Counted from the stretch's first letter, positions 49,824-58,522 are shown. The stretch: 64,000 nt of DNA from an uncultured Candidatus Saccharibacteria bacterium (GCA_964648105.1 CAZYMH010000004.1:6083-70082); one strand, 5' to 3'. The notes: a model not told the origin generated them from the sequence alone. Numbers and translations: made by a program.

Positions 49824-50942
49824 TTAACCACCCACTCCAGGCTGAACAGTGACATGCACATGGTCATAGTGACCTTCGGTCACACCGTAACCATGGGTAT
49901 ACGGTCGCCAACCTGTTCCTAATTGACAAGCGGCTGAATTGCCCTCGTTAAGACGAGTAACATTCCAGATTTTACCTTGCCAAATAAGATACCTAACTCC
50001 TACTTTGCTAGCGTTACTGGCAAGGAAACAAGCTATTTGCCAACCGAGAGCTTGCTCTGCCTTTGACGGAGAAATACCAATGCCATCGCTAATCGTGATA
50101 TCGAGTGCGAGGCCTAATGTATGATCCTGAGGTGTACCTGCAGGTCGAACACTATAACCACCAATTTCACGAATACACGGTGAAGTGTGAAGCTTCTCAC
50201 ATCCCCAGTTGGCAAAAACAAATCTTTGCAGGTTCTCGGCCCTTGGCACTAGTCCTGTTTTGGGATTTCGAGGTCCTTCGCCTGGATCTGTTAATGTGCC
50301 AGATACAGCGATATCTGCACAACCCATGTCTGTAACTACGCCATTGTCATAGCGTTCCAATACGCTTTTGGCGTTCTGGATGCGTTTTGGATACGAGGCT
50401 GTGTCACCTGACACTTCGTAAATTTTCTCAAACACCACTGTGGCTTCATCAATCGTGTTTGATCGCCGAACTGCAACAAGAGCCGATTTCCAGCCACCGA
50501 AGAGTTCGGACTTCATGAAATCGAGCTGCAACTCGATATCCGTCCATGGTTTACCCTGATAATCATGTGCTTTCAGGGCAGTTTGTCGACTTCCAAGCCA
50601 CTGAGCAATACCAACTGCTCCTGAGGTAGGATTTGGGTTGTCGGTTTTCAGAGGGTCTCCACCACTCTCATGGATGAAATTACCAACAATTGCGGCCGCC
50701 TGAAAGGGCTTGAGATCAAACTCAGGCTGCATAAGATAGTTGTATGTCTTCTGGGTATTATTATCGCCAGTAACTGCTGTGGCACATCCACCAGCCGACA
50801 TAGTGCTACTGCCGATCATTAAGACAAACATAACTATCGATACCACACCTACTGACATCAGAATGACTGGAAAACCAATCACTCCAATTAGCCACCCCAC
50901 TATGCCTGCTTTTAGTGCTTCACTTCCATTTTTATGGGACAT
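49824..50942 (-). CDS. Membrane-anchored bifunctional cell-wall hydrolase: phage-tail-lysozyme-like domain plus LAS metallopeptidase-like domain
   Basis: 372 aa; AAAIVGNFIHESGG...GAVGIAQWLGSR...QLDFMKSEL (lysozyme family); C-terminal HTLGLALD (H-x6-D) and HYDHVHV (H-x-H). Confidence 0.7.
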   Translation of the reverse strand: MSHKNGSEALKAGIVGWLIGVIGFPVILMSVGVVSIVMFVLMIGSSTMSAGGCATAVTGDNNTQKTYNYLMQPEFDLKPFQAAAIVGNFIHESGGDPLKTDNPNPTSGAVGIAQWLGSRQTALKAHDYQGKPWTDIELQLDFMKSELFGGWKSALVAVRRSNTIDEATVVFEKIYEVSGDTASYPKRIQNAKSVLERYDNGVVTDMGCADIAVSGTLTDPGEGPRNPKTGLVPRAENLQRFVFANWGCEKLHTSPCIREIGGYSVRPAGTPQDHTLGLALDITISDGIGISPSKAEQALGWQIACFLASNASKVGVRYLIWQGKIWNVTRLNEGNSAACQLGTGWRPYTHGYGVTEGHYDHVHVTVQPGVGG

Positions 50943-50954
50943 GATATCTCAACC

Positions 50955-52307
50955 CTAGGAAGTTGACGCCAGTTCACTTGATGAAAGTCCGCTTTTGCCC
51001 TTAACGAGGTGGCTTGTTTCGAGCAGCGGAATCTCCCACGGCATGGCTACATATCGCACCTCGAGTGCGGGTATGTTGCCAGTAGTGAACTTATACAGAG
51101 CATGGCCTTGAGGAAGTTTTACAATCCTTTCAATTTCATTATCTGTATACCCAAACAGATGTGAACTAGCTTCAAGTTCAGCTCGGTTTTGCCGATAACT
51201 GATAACCAATGAGGTGTCACTGGCGATGTCTTCGATCTGAGATGTAGCAGATCGAATAAGGTTTTGCCAATGATGAACCACCATTCGGTTACCAAAACCT
51301 TTGCTCCGTCCGAGCTTATAGGCCCGCCTCACCGAACTGACAAATCCGCTGTATGCTGCAAGGTCCCACGATTCATCATGGATAACGTGATGAAACCTGT
51401 TATCTGAAGATGATTTTGCATTTTTTTCGAGAGTAAAGAAGTTGATGAGAGTGGTCATTACAACCGCTTTCTCGCCATCAAGTCCCTCACAGTCTAGAAC
51501 CAGCAACGGCACTGCATCAAAAAGCCCTGGCGTCGTTGGTTTGTGAAACATTCCAGCAAGATTACCTTTTTCAGATAGACGTTCGAGCGTCAATCTGAGA
51601 TTTGCACTAAGCTTGTTGATATCATCGATATTTCCGACACTCAAATCTTCGACTGTACTAGCAGAAGGGTTTCGGAGTTTTTCGATCAAGCTCGGCAAAG
51701 TCGGAATACCTATTATCCCAGGGGAATTGTGACATTCGATAATCGAGTTCCACAAGAGAGTATTCTCCAGTGGTGTAAGCCCCTGAGTGAAGTGTTTTCC
51801 TGCGGTTACAATCAATGCAGTCAGTAGCTCCAATTGAGCATCTAGTCCCATGACAGGGTCCAAAGGATTAATGAAGTACTGAGCATTGTCACTGAAGTTA
51901 AGGACTTTTGCACCGTCGATGTATCCCGCTAGCACACGGTACTCACCCTTTCGATCAGTGACCAGATAGTTGCGTGAAAAAAGCAAAGTATCACGCAAAA
52001 TTCTTATTTTTTCTCCAGATGACTTGCGATAGCCTGTTTGTCCAAAGACAATCGAGTTTAGCGAAAACGCCGTTTCAGGATCAGCCTGATGGGCGGTGTA
52101 CTCACAAAACTCAAAGTTACCCGCTATTCCACCGAGACCAGCAATACCCAGAGGTACGCCAATCAATTTTTGCCCAGTTTTAGGATTGATAAATCCGTGT
52201 TCCAGACACAGCGGATTGACAGGAGCTAGGTCTTCGGACATTTCACGAAAAGTCGGCAAAGTATCACCGCTAACAATTCGTGCAAGATGGCTTTTATCAA
52301 TAGCCAA
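50955..52307 (-). CDS. VirB4-type (AAA_10/DUF87-like) secretion ATPase domain, non-canonical Walker A
   Basis: 450 aa; TTG start after GGGAGGTGAGAAG; GQTGYRKS (P-loop with R in place of G), VTDRKGEY, VIHDESWDL (DExW Walker B), HHWQ. Confidence 0.6.
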   Translation of the reverse strand: MAIDKSHLARIVSGDTLPTFREMSEDLAPVNPLCLEHGFINPKTGQKLIGVPLGIAGLGGIAGNFEFCEYTAHQADPETAFSLNSIVFGQTGYRKSSGEKIRILRDTLLFSRNYLVTDRKGEYRVLAGYIDGAKVLNFSDNAQYFINPLDPVMGLDAQLELLTALIVTAGKHFTQGLTPLENTLLWNSIIECHNSPGIIGIPTLPSLIEKLRNPSASTVEDLSVGNIDDINKLSANLRLTLERLSEKGNLAGMFHKPTTPGLFDAVPLLVLDCEGLDGEKAVVMTTLINFFTLEKNAKSSSDNRFHHVIHDESWDLAAYSGFVSSVRRAYKLGRSKGFGNRMVVHHWQNLIRSATSQIEDIASDTSLVISYRQNRAELEASSHLFGYTDNEIERIVKLPQGHALYKFTTGNIPALEVRYVAMPWEIPLLETSHLVKGKSGLSSSELASTS

Positions 52308-52383
52308 TTCTTCTCACCTCCCTCGTTTTTAGGTTAAGAGGTCGATTTTATCTTTAGTTTATGTTGAGTAAACTTTGATAAAA

Positions 52384-53958
52384 TCATTTGAAAACTCCCT
52401 TGAAGTTCAAAGCTGCGAGGCCACGTCCAAGGGGCAACACAACAGATACACCTTCGTACTGCCTAAGCGTAAGACCTTGCACACTGCAGTTATTCCTAGC
52501 TGCGGTCGAGCGAAGAATCTCAGCATTGGCAGTAACTTCTTCGACGGAACTGCCTTGGAGTGAAACATACACTCTCATCCGAAGTGATTCAGAACGGCTC
52601 GATGCCAACCGAATGGTTTTTTGTTTCGCCAATTCTGCCTCACGTTGCAGATCTGCATCCACCGCTGAACCAGCTAGCTGCTTGTCGGCGATGATAGAGC
52701 TGGTCGTATTACGATTGAACCTCGAGATACGACTGGTCGATGACCGTGAAACTGGCTGATATACAGCAGTCACAGTCAAAGGAATTACTTTTGCAGACTG
52801 CCCTTCTTCATTACTGAGGTTCATCAACCACAAAAATTCTGTGGGCGTCAATCCGTACTCGGAGAGACTTTCGATGAAAAAGCTCATATGAACCGTTTCA
52901 CCGAGCCAGGCATGATTCGCTTCAAAACCGCAGACTGTCGGTAAACCGAGCTTTTCATCAATTTGCTTGTCAGATTGCTCGAGAATACCAGTCTTACGCA
53001 TCTCCCTAACCAAAGGCAGTTTTGAAACTTGATCTAGTAACAGACCGATGTCCATAACTGACTCATTGTAAGTGTGGGCATCAACTTGACTTATGCCAAA
53101 TGGATTGTTAGCCAGACTATCGGTCAGGCCTACTTCATCGGCAAGTTGACCAACGAGATTGTACAAAAACTCGCCAGTCGTAATTTTTGTCTTTTTGCGA
53201 GCGTGCCTAATTCGAGGATCATCTTTTTTGACAGTAAACCGTAGAGACACCACTCTCTCAGACGACAGTTCCATTATCTTTTGCTCGTAAGCATCGATAA
53301 ATTGGTGGACTTTGTCTGATTTATTATTCACTAGATCATTAACCTTAAGCATTGTTTCTCGTTCTGAACGAAGATTCAATGCTTCTCCTGGCAAAACTTG
53401 CACCTGCCAAGAGAATCGGTAAAATTCATGCTTCTTTACAACATCGAGCAACTTCGAAAATGCTTCTGTACGGTATTCTCGTTCTTGCGAGCTGGCATTG
53501 AAGAGAGAGCTGATTTTGACATACACAACGAACGTGTAAGTCTCATCTCGCTTATCATCATAAATGCACAGCTTCTGTCCCGAAATCTCAAATGGAACAA
53601 GTTCTAACTTGCCCAAACGCTTAGCGAATTCACGCTTAGCACGTTTAGTTAGTTCGAAGTTTTCTCCTCGTTCGACTCGTTTGTCGAAAAACTCATTCTG
53701 ACCGAGGTCAAAATTCGCCCTTCGATAGAGGATTGCGAGGAGCGGTTTGCCGTCTCTGGAAACTGGGACATAAACTAGCAGTCCCCAAAAAGCAGCTGCC
53801 AGAAACGTAATGCCTAGCCATATTCCAAATGGTACAATCTGCAAAAGCACCAAAAGGATTACAACCAGCACAACTGCAAAGATCGTGGAATGATCGAGCC
53901 TTAGCGACCCAACAATTCGAATTCCACGCTCTTTTTCAATCGGATGTCGCTCAGACAC
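52384..53958 (-). CDS. TM-hairpin protein with large cytoplasmic domain; candidate VirB3 / VirB4 N-terminal-domain equivalent
   Basis: 524 aa; GTG start after an identical GGGAGGTGAGAAG; two TM helices at residues about 25-65; sits directly upstream of the ATPase domain gene. Confidence 0.4.
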   Translation of the reverse strand: MSERHPIEKERGIRIVGSLRLDHSTIFAVVLVVILLVLLQIVPFGIWLGITFLAAAFWGLLVYVPVSRDGKPLLAILYRRANFDLGQNEFFDKRVERGENFELTKRAKREFAKRLGKLELVPFEISGQKLCIYDDKRDETYTFVVYVKISSLFNASSQEREYRTEAFSKLLDVVKKHEFYRFSWQVQVLPGEALNLRSERETMLKVNDLVNNKSDKVHQFIDAYEQKIMELSSERVVSLRFTVKKDDPRIRHARKKTKITTGEFLYNLVGQLADEVGLTDSLANNPFGISQVDAHTYNESVMDIGLLLDQVSKLPLVREMRKTGILEQSDKQIDEKLGLPTVCGFEANHAWLGETVHMSFFIESLSEYGLTPTEFLWLMNLSNEEGQSAKVIPLTVTAVYQPVSRSSTSRISRFNRNTTSSIIADKQLAGSAVDADLQREAELAKQKTIRLASSRSESLRMRVYVSLQGSSVEEVTANAEILRSTAARNNCSVQGLTLRQYEGVSVVLPLGRGLAALNFKGVFK

Positions 53959-54017
53959 TTCTCACCTCCCAACATTAGTTGAAGGCATCCATGCCTTTAC
54001 CCTTGAACGGTTAATCA

Positions 54018-55142
54018 TTAACTCGACCTGAACTTAGTGTAATAGGCACGAGCAATCACGGCTCGCTTGACTGGTTCAACCTTGAAATCAGCACCACTGA
54101 TTTTCTTGATTGCCCAAATACCGATGATCAAAGGCATCACAGTTGTGGCACATAGAATGATCATTGTGGTAAATGCATCATTGGCTTCTAATGTCATAGC
54201 TAGTCCCAACTGTAGTACAAACAGCAATATTGCAGGAAATGCGATCCAAGCTCCGATGGTCAAGAAGGCCTTTTTAGCCCTGTCCCATGATTCTTCGCCG
54301 ATGCTATGAGCTAACGCGAATAGAGCAGCAAGGATCAGTAATGGTATAAACATATAACGAAATACCATTACAAACAACGTTGCACCAGACAGTACTGTTC
54401 CAATTACAAAAATTGTGAACAGTACCGCTACTACGCCTAATTGTCCAGCAATAATTTGGTTGAGGTAGCCCTCAACGTTTTTCATAACATCGCCCAATTG
54501 AACTCCCATTACATCAGCGAGTTCAGGTACGAGTTTTTTGTCTACCAATGTCACCAGCCAAGAGGCTGCCGTCAGCATCATTCCTCCTGTGAGAGCAATA
54601 AACACTCCCATTTTGAAGAATGTGGAGAAGTGGATAGCAAGATCCGCTTCTTTTGCTCCTTTTACAAGCCGATACATAAAGGCTATGTACGCCCAAATGT
54701 AAGCAAGCCAAAGAATTTGCTGATAGGCCACAGAGAACCATGCAGCATTAAGGTTCGGTGATGTTGTTCGTGTGATGAACTTGATTTCCATCTTCAAGCC
54801 CCAAATTACTCCCATACCAAAGAATTTAGCTACTTCACGTAGCATTGGCTCAACGGTATGACTAACTACTTCATCTTTTATTTTCCCAATCGCCTTGCCA
54901 GGTATCTGTGACGGATTTGGCACACCCGGAATGGCACCAATTACATTATTGGCTCCAGCTATCGGATTAATGATCCCCCCACAGACGTTGGAGGCGGTTT
55001 GGTTTGGAATGACATCACAAGGTGTCGGAATCCCAAGGATATCTGCTCCAGCTTTGTCTGGTTTTGCCATTTGCCAGCTCATAAATCCGAACAAGCAAAC
55101 AAGCATCACCAAACTGCTAGAGAGCCAACGAGTTTTAGTCAT
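54018..55142 (-). CDS. Polytopic membrane protein, VirB6/TrbL-like
   Basis: 374 aa; signal-like N-terminus, periplasmic segment, then at least 6 TM helices; start overlaps the upstream stop. Confidence 0.45.
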   Translation of the reverse strand: MTKTRWLSSSLVMLVCLFGFMSWQMAKPDKAGADILGIPTPCDVIPNQTASNVCGGIINPIAGANNVIGAIPGVPNPSQIPGKAIGKIKDEVVSHTVEPMLREVAKFFGMGVIWGLKMEIKFITRTTSPNLNAAWFSVAYQQILWLAYIWAYIAFMYRLVKGAKEADLAIHFSTFFKMGVFIALTGGMMLTAASWLVTLVDKKLVPELADVMGVQLGDVMKNVEGYLNQIIAGQLGVVAVLFTIFVIGTVLSGATLFVMVFRYMFIPLLILAALFALAHSIGEESWDRAKKAFLTIGAWIAFPAILLFVLQLGLAMTLEANDAFTTMIILCATTVMPLIIGIWAIKKISGADFKVEPVKRAVIARAYYTKFRSS

Positions 55143-55854
55143 AGGTCTTGTACCTCTGATTCTCGAGGACTAGCTTGTACTTCGCCAGAATCTGAGTAAA
55201 ACTTTGGCCAGATTCTGTGAAGCTTGGTACTTCACCCTTTAGTGGACGAAGTTGCTTGTCATAACGCCACTTTCCATCTTGCCAAACCATTCTCAAGATC
55301 TGGATCGATGGAACATCCTGCTGAAAATAACGCTGATTTTTCTTGGTTATTACGGTTGTGATGCCGTAAACACCAACCACAGCACTTTTTCCTGCTTCAA
55401 AACTTTTGACTTTGTACTGAAGTGCTTGGAAGTCATACCTGCCTTTTTGCTGAAAATCAGCTAGAGACGAGTACCCTAAGCTTTTTGCCATTGCATCTCC
55501 TCCTACTGCAGGAACCTGCTTACCATCAGCTTCATAGCCAGAGTAAAGCTTACGAAGTTGACTGGCAGTTTCCTGAGTAGCAACTTCATCCACCTGATTA
55601 CGAAAGTCCGCTTCAGGTGAAAGAAAAGCCGATGTCAACACCGCCACCGTATTGCCAGCCGAACGACGTGCATCATCAACACTCGATGATGAAGGATCGA
55701 CAGGCGATGGTGGGTTACTGACAGTATTTCCACTCGCATCTTTGGTAATAGTTTGCGTTCGCGTAACCGTATGGTCAATATTCGCAAGCACAACTGCAAT
55801 TACCATCAATAAAGCGAATGGCACTACAAACCATCTCAGCTTTCTGAAATTCAT
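55135..55854 (-). CDS. Bitopic membrane protein, possible VirB8/TcpC-like scaffold
   Basis: 239 aa; single N-terminal TM, Ser/Pro linker, soluble domain of about 150 aa. Call rests on size, topology and context only. Confidence 0.3.
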   Translation of the reverse strand: MNFRKLRWFVVPFALLMVIAVVLANIDHTVTRTQTITKDASGNTVSNPPSPVDPSSSSVDDARRSAGNTVAVLTSAFLSPEADFRNQVDEVATQETASQLRKLYSGYEADGKQVPAVGGDAMAKSLGYSSLADFQQKGRYDFQALQYKVKSFEAGKSAVVGVYGITTVITKKNQRYFQQDVPSIQILRMVWQDGKWRYDKQLRPLKGEVPSFTESGQSFTQILAKYKLVLENQRYKTYD

Positions 55855-55917
55855 TTTTCTCTCCTATGGTTTAGTCGCCTAGGACAAAGATACCTAGGCG
55901 ACTGACACCAAATTGAC

Positions 55918-56241
55918 TCACGGCCTGAAAAGCTGGCTGAGTCGTGTCGTCCAACCCTGAAGGTCGGACAAAATGATTATGGCAACGATGGCTGCCACAA
56001 TCATGGCAATTGCTTGTCCCGAGCTTCGACCGTTACCGATCGCCGAAATCCACTTAAGCAAGCCAATTCCGACAAAGATCAGGGCAATGACGATGAAAAT
56101 CCAGACTGCCCATTGCACCCAGTTCTGCCCAATTGGTCCAAGCACAGGCGGTGCTTTGGGGTTGGTGTTAATTGCCAAGCTGGTAGCTGGCAGCACCAAA
56201 ATCATCACCAAACTGCTCAGCCACATTTTGAGGTTTCTCAT
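55918..56241 (-). CDS. VirB2/TrbC-like small membrane protein (pilin-like)
   Basis: 107 aa; signal peptide ...PATSLA, then two hydrophobic helices separated by a short loop; AAAGGAGGAG SD. Confidence 0.4.
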   Translation of the reverse strand: MRNLKMWLSSLVMILVLPATSLAINTNPKAPPVLGPIGQNWVQWAVWIFIVIALIFVGIGLLKWISAIGNGRSSGQAIAMIVAAIVAIIILSDLQGWTTRLSQLFRP

Positions 56242-56265
56242 GTCTCCTCCTTTTAGTGGAGATAC

Positions 56266-57738
56266 TTACGAGGGCGACGGCATAATAATGCCCACGTTCT
56301 TGATCAGCCAGTGTCGCTTAGGAACCTTGACCTTTTGCAACAGAGCTGCTTGTTCAAATACTGCAACGATCACTACTAGATAGTCGAAATATGTTGCTCG
56401 AGCCATCTGAGTGTAATCGAGCCCTTCAACTGTGTCATACAGATGATCATCTTCCTGCACCCCAAATACTCTTGTCTTAGAGAACAGCGAAGGATTTCCG
56501 CCTGACAGCTTAATTCCACTAGAGAGCCGAGAAACAAACTCCTCGTTGCCTTCATCATGGTCATAAGCATTCATCACTACGACTGCATTCTCAAGTTTTT
56601 CACTGACAGGAATCAAGTCGCCTTCCAGTGCTTGACCTTCTCCTGCCACTGCTTGTCGAATGTTTTTTTGCATGTGCATATAGTACGCCAGTGTTGCTCC
56701 TGCCGACTCCAAAGTTTGCTTCATAAGTCGGTTTGCAGCAACCACCACCACGTCAGACTGCCTCATCGCAACCGAAGTCACGGTGTAGGCATATGCATCA
56801 TCATTCCCGGTATCGGAAATGATGATTTCTGCGTTCTCTCGAAGATGCGAGTGGACTTTCAACCATCTTACCTTCGAGAAATTGCTCTTGTCGTTAGATA
56901 TGGTGTCTTCAGAGATAACACGCAGTCCGTGTTTGGTTACTGCAACCATCTTAAAAAGCTCGTGAAAGCTAATCTCTTCATCTTGCAATTTGGTGGCATA
57001 CTGACGCAAAGTTAGGGTCTTACCACGTACACCTGCCAAATTTCCTGCGGTTGCAGTCTGAGTTGAGGTAGACGATGGGAGCAGCACAACAATTCGACGA
57101 GTGATTTCTGCCAAGATTTCACCCATGATAACTGCCATGACTGACTTCGCCGAGCTACCTTTTTGGTTGCCTACCCAAATGTTCGGGTGGACACCAAGGT
57201 TGACGATATCGCGAATCCTGCCTTCAAGCAGCTTAATCCGCTGCTCGAAAATATCGCTCTCTTGCTCCTTGTTGATACTCGGAACAATATCGGGTCGCCC
57301 AAACTTTCGATTTACCATGTAGCGAACCTTCGAGACTCCTCGATCGGGCAAAACCGTCTCGATGGGAGTTTCGAAGTCTGGTACCTCGCTCCGAGTATAA
57401 ACTCGATAGATACCAAACGTTACTACGGCAATCATTAGCATGATTGCAACTGCACTGATGATCGTGCTAGCACTCAGGGCAATCACGGCCAAGAGTACAA
57501 TAGTTACACCGAACAAGCATGCCCAAGCCACAAAGCCAGGCTTCTTGAATGCATGTGTAAACCTGTTGGAGACTTCTGCTCGATTGAACTTTAGTCTCGA
57601 CCCAGAGTTGACTTCCGACCAATCACGAACACGAACTTGTACTTCGTGCTGGCTGACTTTCTCCTGATGGGGTTGATTAGAAATTTCGTTGTCTTCTTTA
57701 TGTTGACCACGAAATTTTCCAAAATCAACAGGACTCAT
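56266..57738 (-). CDS. Membrane-anchored ParA/MinD-superfamily (CpaE/TadZ-like) P-loop protein
   Basis: 490 aa; two TM helices at residues about 65-115; deviant Walker A NQKGSSAKS; hhhhD box IIISDTGND. Confidence 0.5.
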   Translation of the reverse strand: MSPVDFGKFRGQHKEDNEISNQPHQEKVSQHEVQVRVRDWSEVNSGSRLKFNRAEVSNRFTHAFKKPGFVAWACLFGVTIVLLAVIALSASTIISAVAIMLMIAVVTFGIYRVYTRSEVPDFETPIETVLPDRGVSKVRYMVNRKFGRPDIVPSINKEQESDIFEQRIKLLEGRIRDIVNLGVHPNIWVGNQKGSSAKSVMAVIMGEILAEITRRIVVLLPSSTSTQTATAGNLAGVRGKTLTLRQYATKLQDEEISFHELFKMVAVTKHGLRVISEDTISNDKSNFSKVRWLKVHSHLRENAEIIISDTGNDDAYAYTVTSVAMRQSDVVVVAANRLMKQTLESAGATLAYYMHMQKNIRQAVAGEGQALEGDLIPVSEKLENAVVVMNAYDHDEGNEEFVSRLSSGIKLSGGNPSLFSKTRVFGVQEDDHLYDTVEGLDYTQMARATYFDYLVVIVAVFEQAALLQKVKVPKRHWLIKNVGIIMPSPS

Positions 57739-58042
57739 TTGCTCACCCCCTATAATATTTTTATTTTGTACCAGTTTGTTAAGGTGCGGGGTTCACCTTT
57801 GGCCAACGCCAAAGAGCCGAAGATTCCTCCGGTTTATAAGCTCCTTTCTCGCCATGAAGTTTATTAACCGAAAGAATGTATCATAAAACTGAGCCACACC
57901 TGTGACTACTAAAAGAGTACAATATTTTTTGAACTTCGTAAATATTGATTTTCGTATATATATTCCGTAGTATGAAACAAGTATTTTTACAATTTAAAAA
58001 ATAAGTTGCCTAAATATTTTAATTGTTAAAAATTAATGATTT

Positions 58043-58522
58043 TTAGCTACGAGCAAAGTGAGCAAAAGCTCGGTTGGCTTCGGCCATTTTGTGGACATCT
58101 TCGCGTTTTTTGACAGCTGTACCAGTGTTATTGTAAGCGTCCATAAGTTCTAGAGCGAGTCGGCTTTGCATGCTCATACCCTTACGTGAGCGTGCCGACT
58201 GGACAAACCACATCAATGTTAGGTGATTTTGGCGTTGACCTTTTACTTCAAACGGAATTTGGTAGTTAGCACCACCAACTCGACGTGATCGAGTTTCAAC
58301 ATGTGGTTGGACATTTTTCATGGCTTGTTCAAAGACATCGATTGGGTTTTTGACCTTTAATTTGTCGGCAGCTTCCTGCATACCACCATAAACTAACTTC
58401 TCAGCAGTTTGTTTTTTGCCATTTAGCATAACTCGGTTAATCAAACGCTGGACCATAACACTGTCGTACATACGATCTGGTTGGATATCTCTAACTAATG
58501 ATTTGGTAACTTTCCTAGGCAT
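58043..58522 (-). CDS. rpsG: Ribosomal protein S7
   Basis: 159 aa; MPRK...DPxY.S..V..LIN..M..GKK start. Confidence 0.97.
   Translation of the reverse strand: MPRKVTKSLVRDIQPDRMYDSVMVQRLINRVMLNGKKQTAEKLVYGGMQEAADKLKVKNPIDVFEQAMKNVQPHVETRSRRVGGANYQIPFEVKGQRQNHLTLMWFVQSARSRKGMSMQSRLALELMDAYNNTGTAVKKREDVHKMAEANRAFAHFARS

Larger units (their letters stand above)
42564..57900 (-). other. About 15-kb accessory island: T4SS-like apparatus, peptidoglycan hydrolases and secreted orphans; no mobility genes
   Basis: Interrupts rpsG|fusA; 15 ORFs, 14 on the minus strand; strong GGAGGTGA-type SDs; GC elevated, especially 42.6-48.0 kb. Confidence 0.7.
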
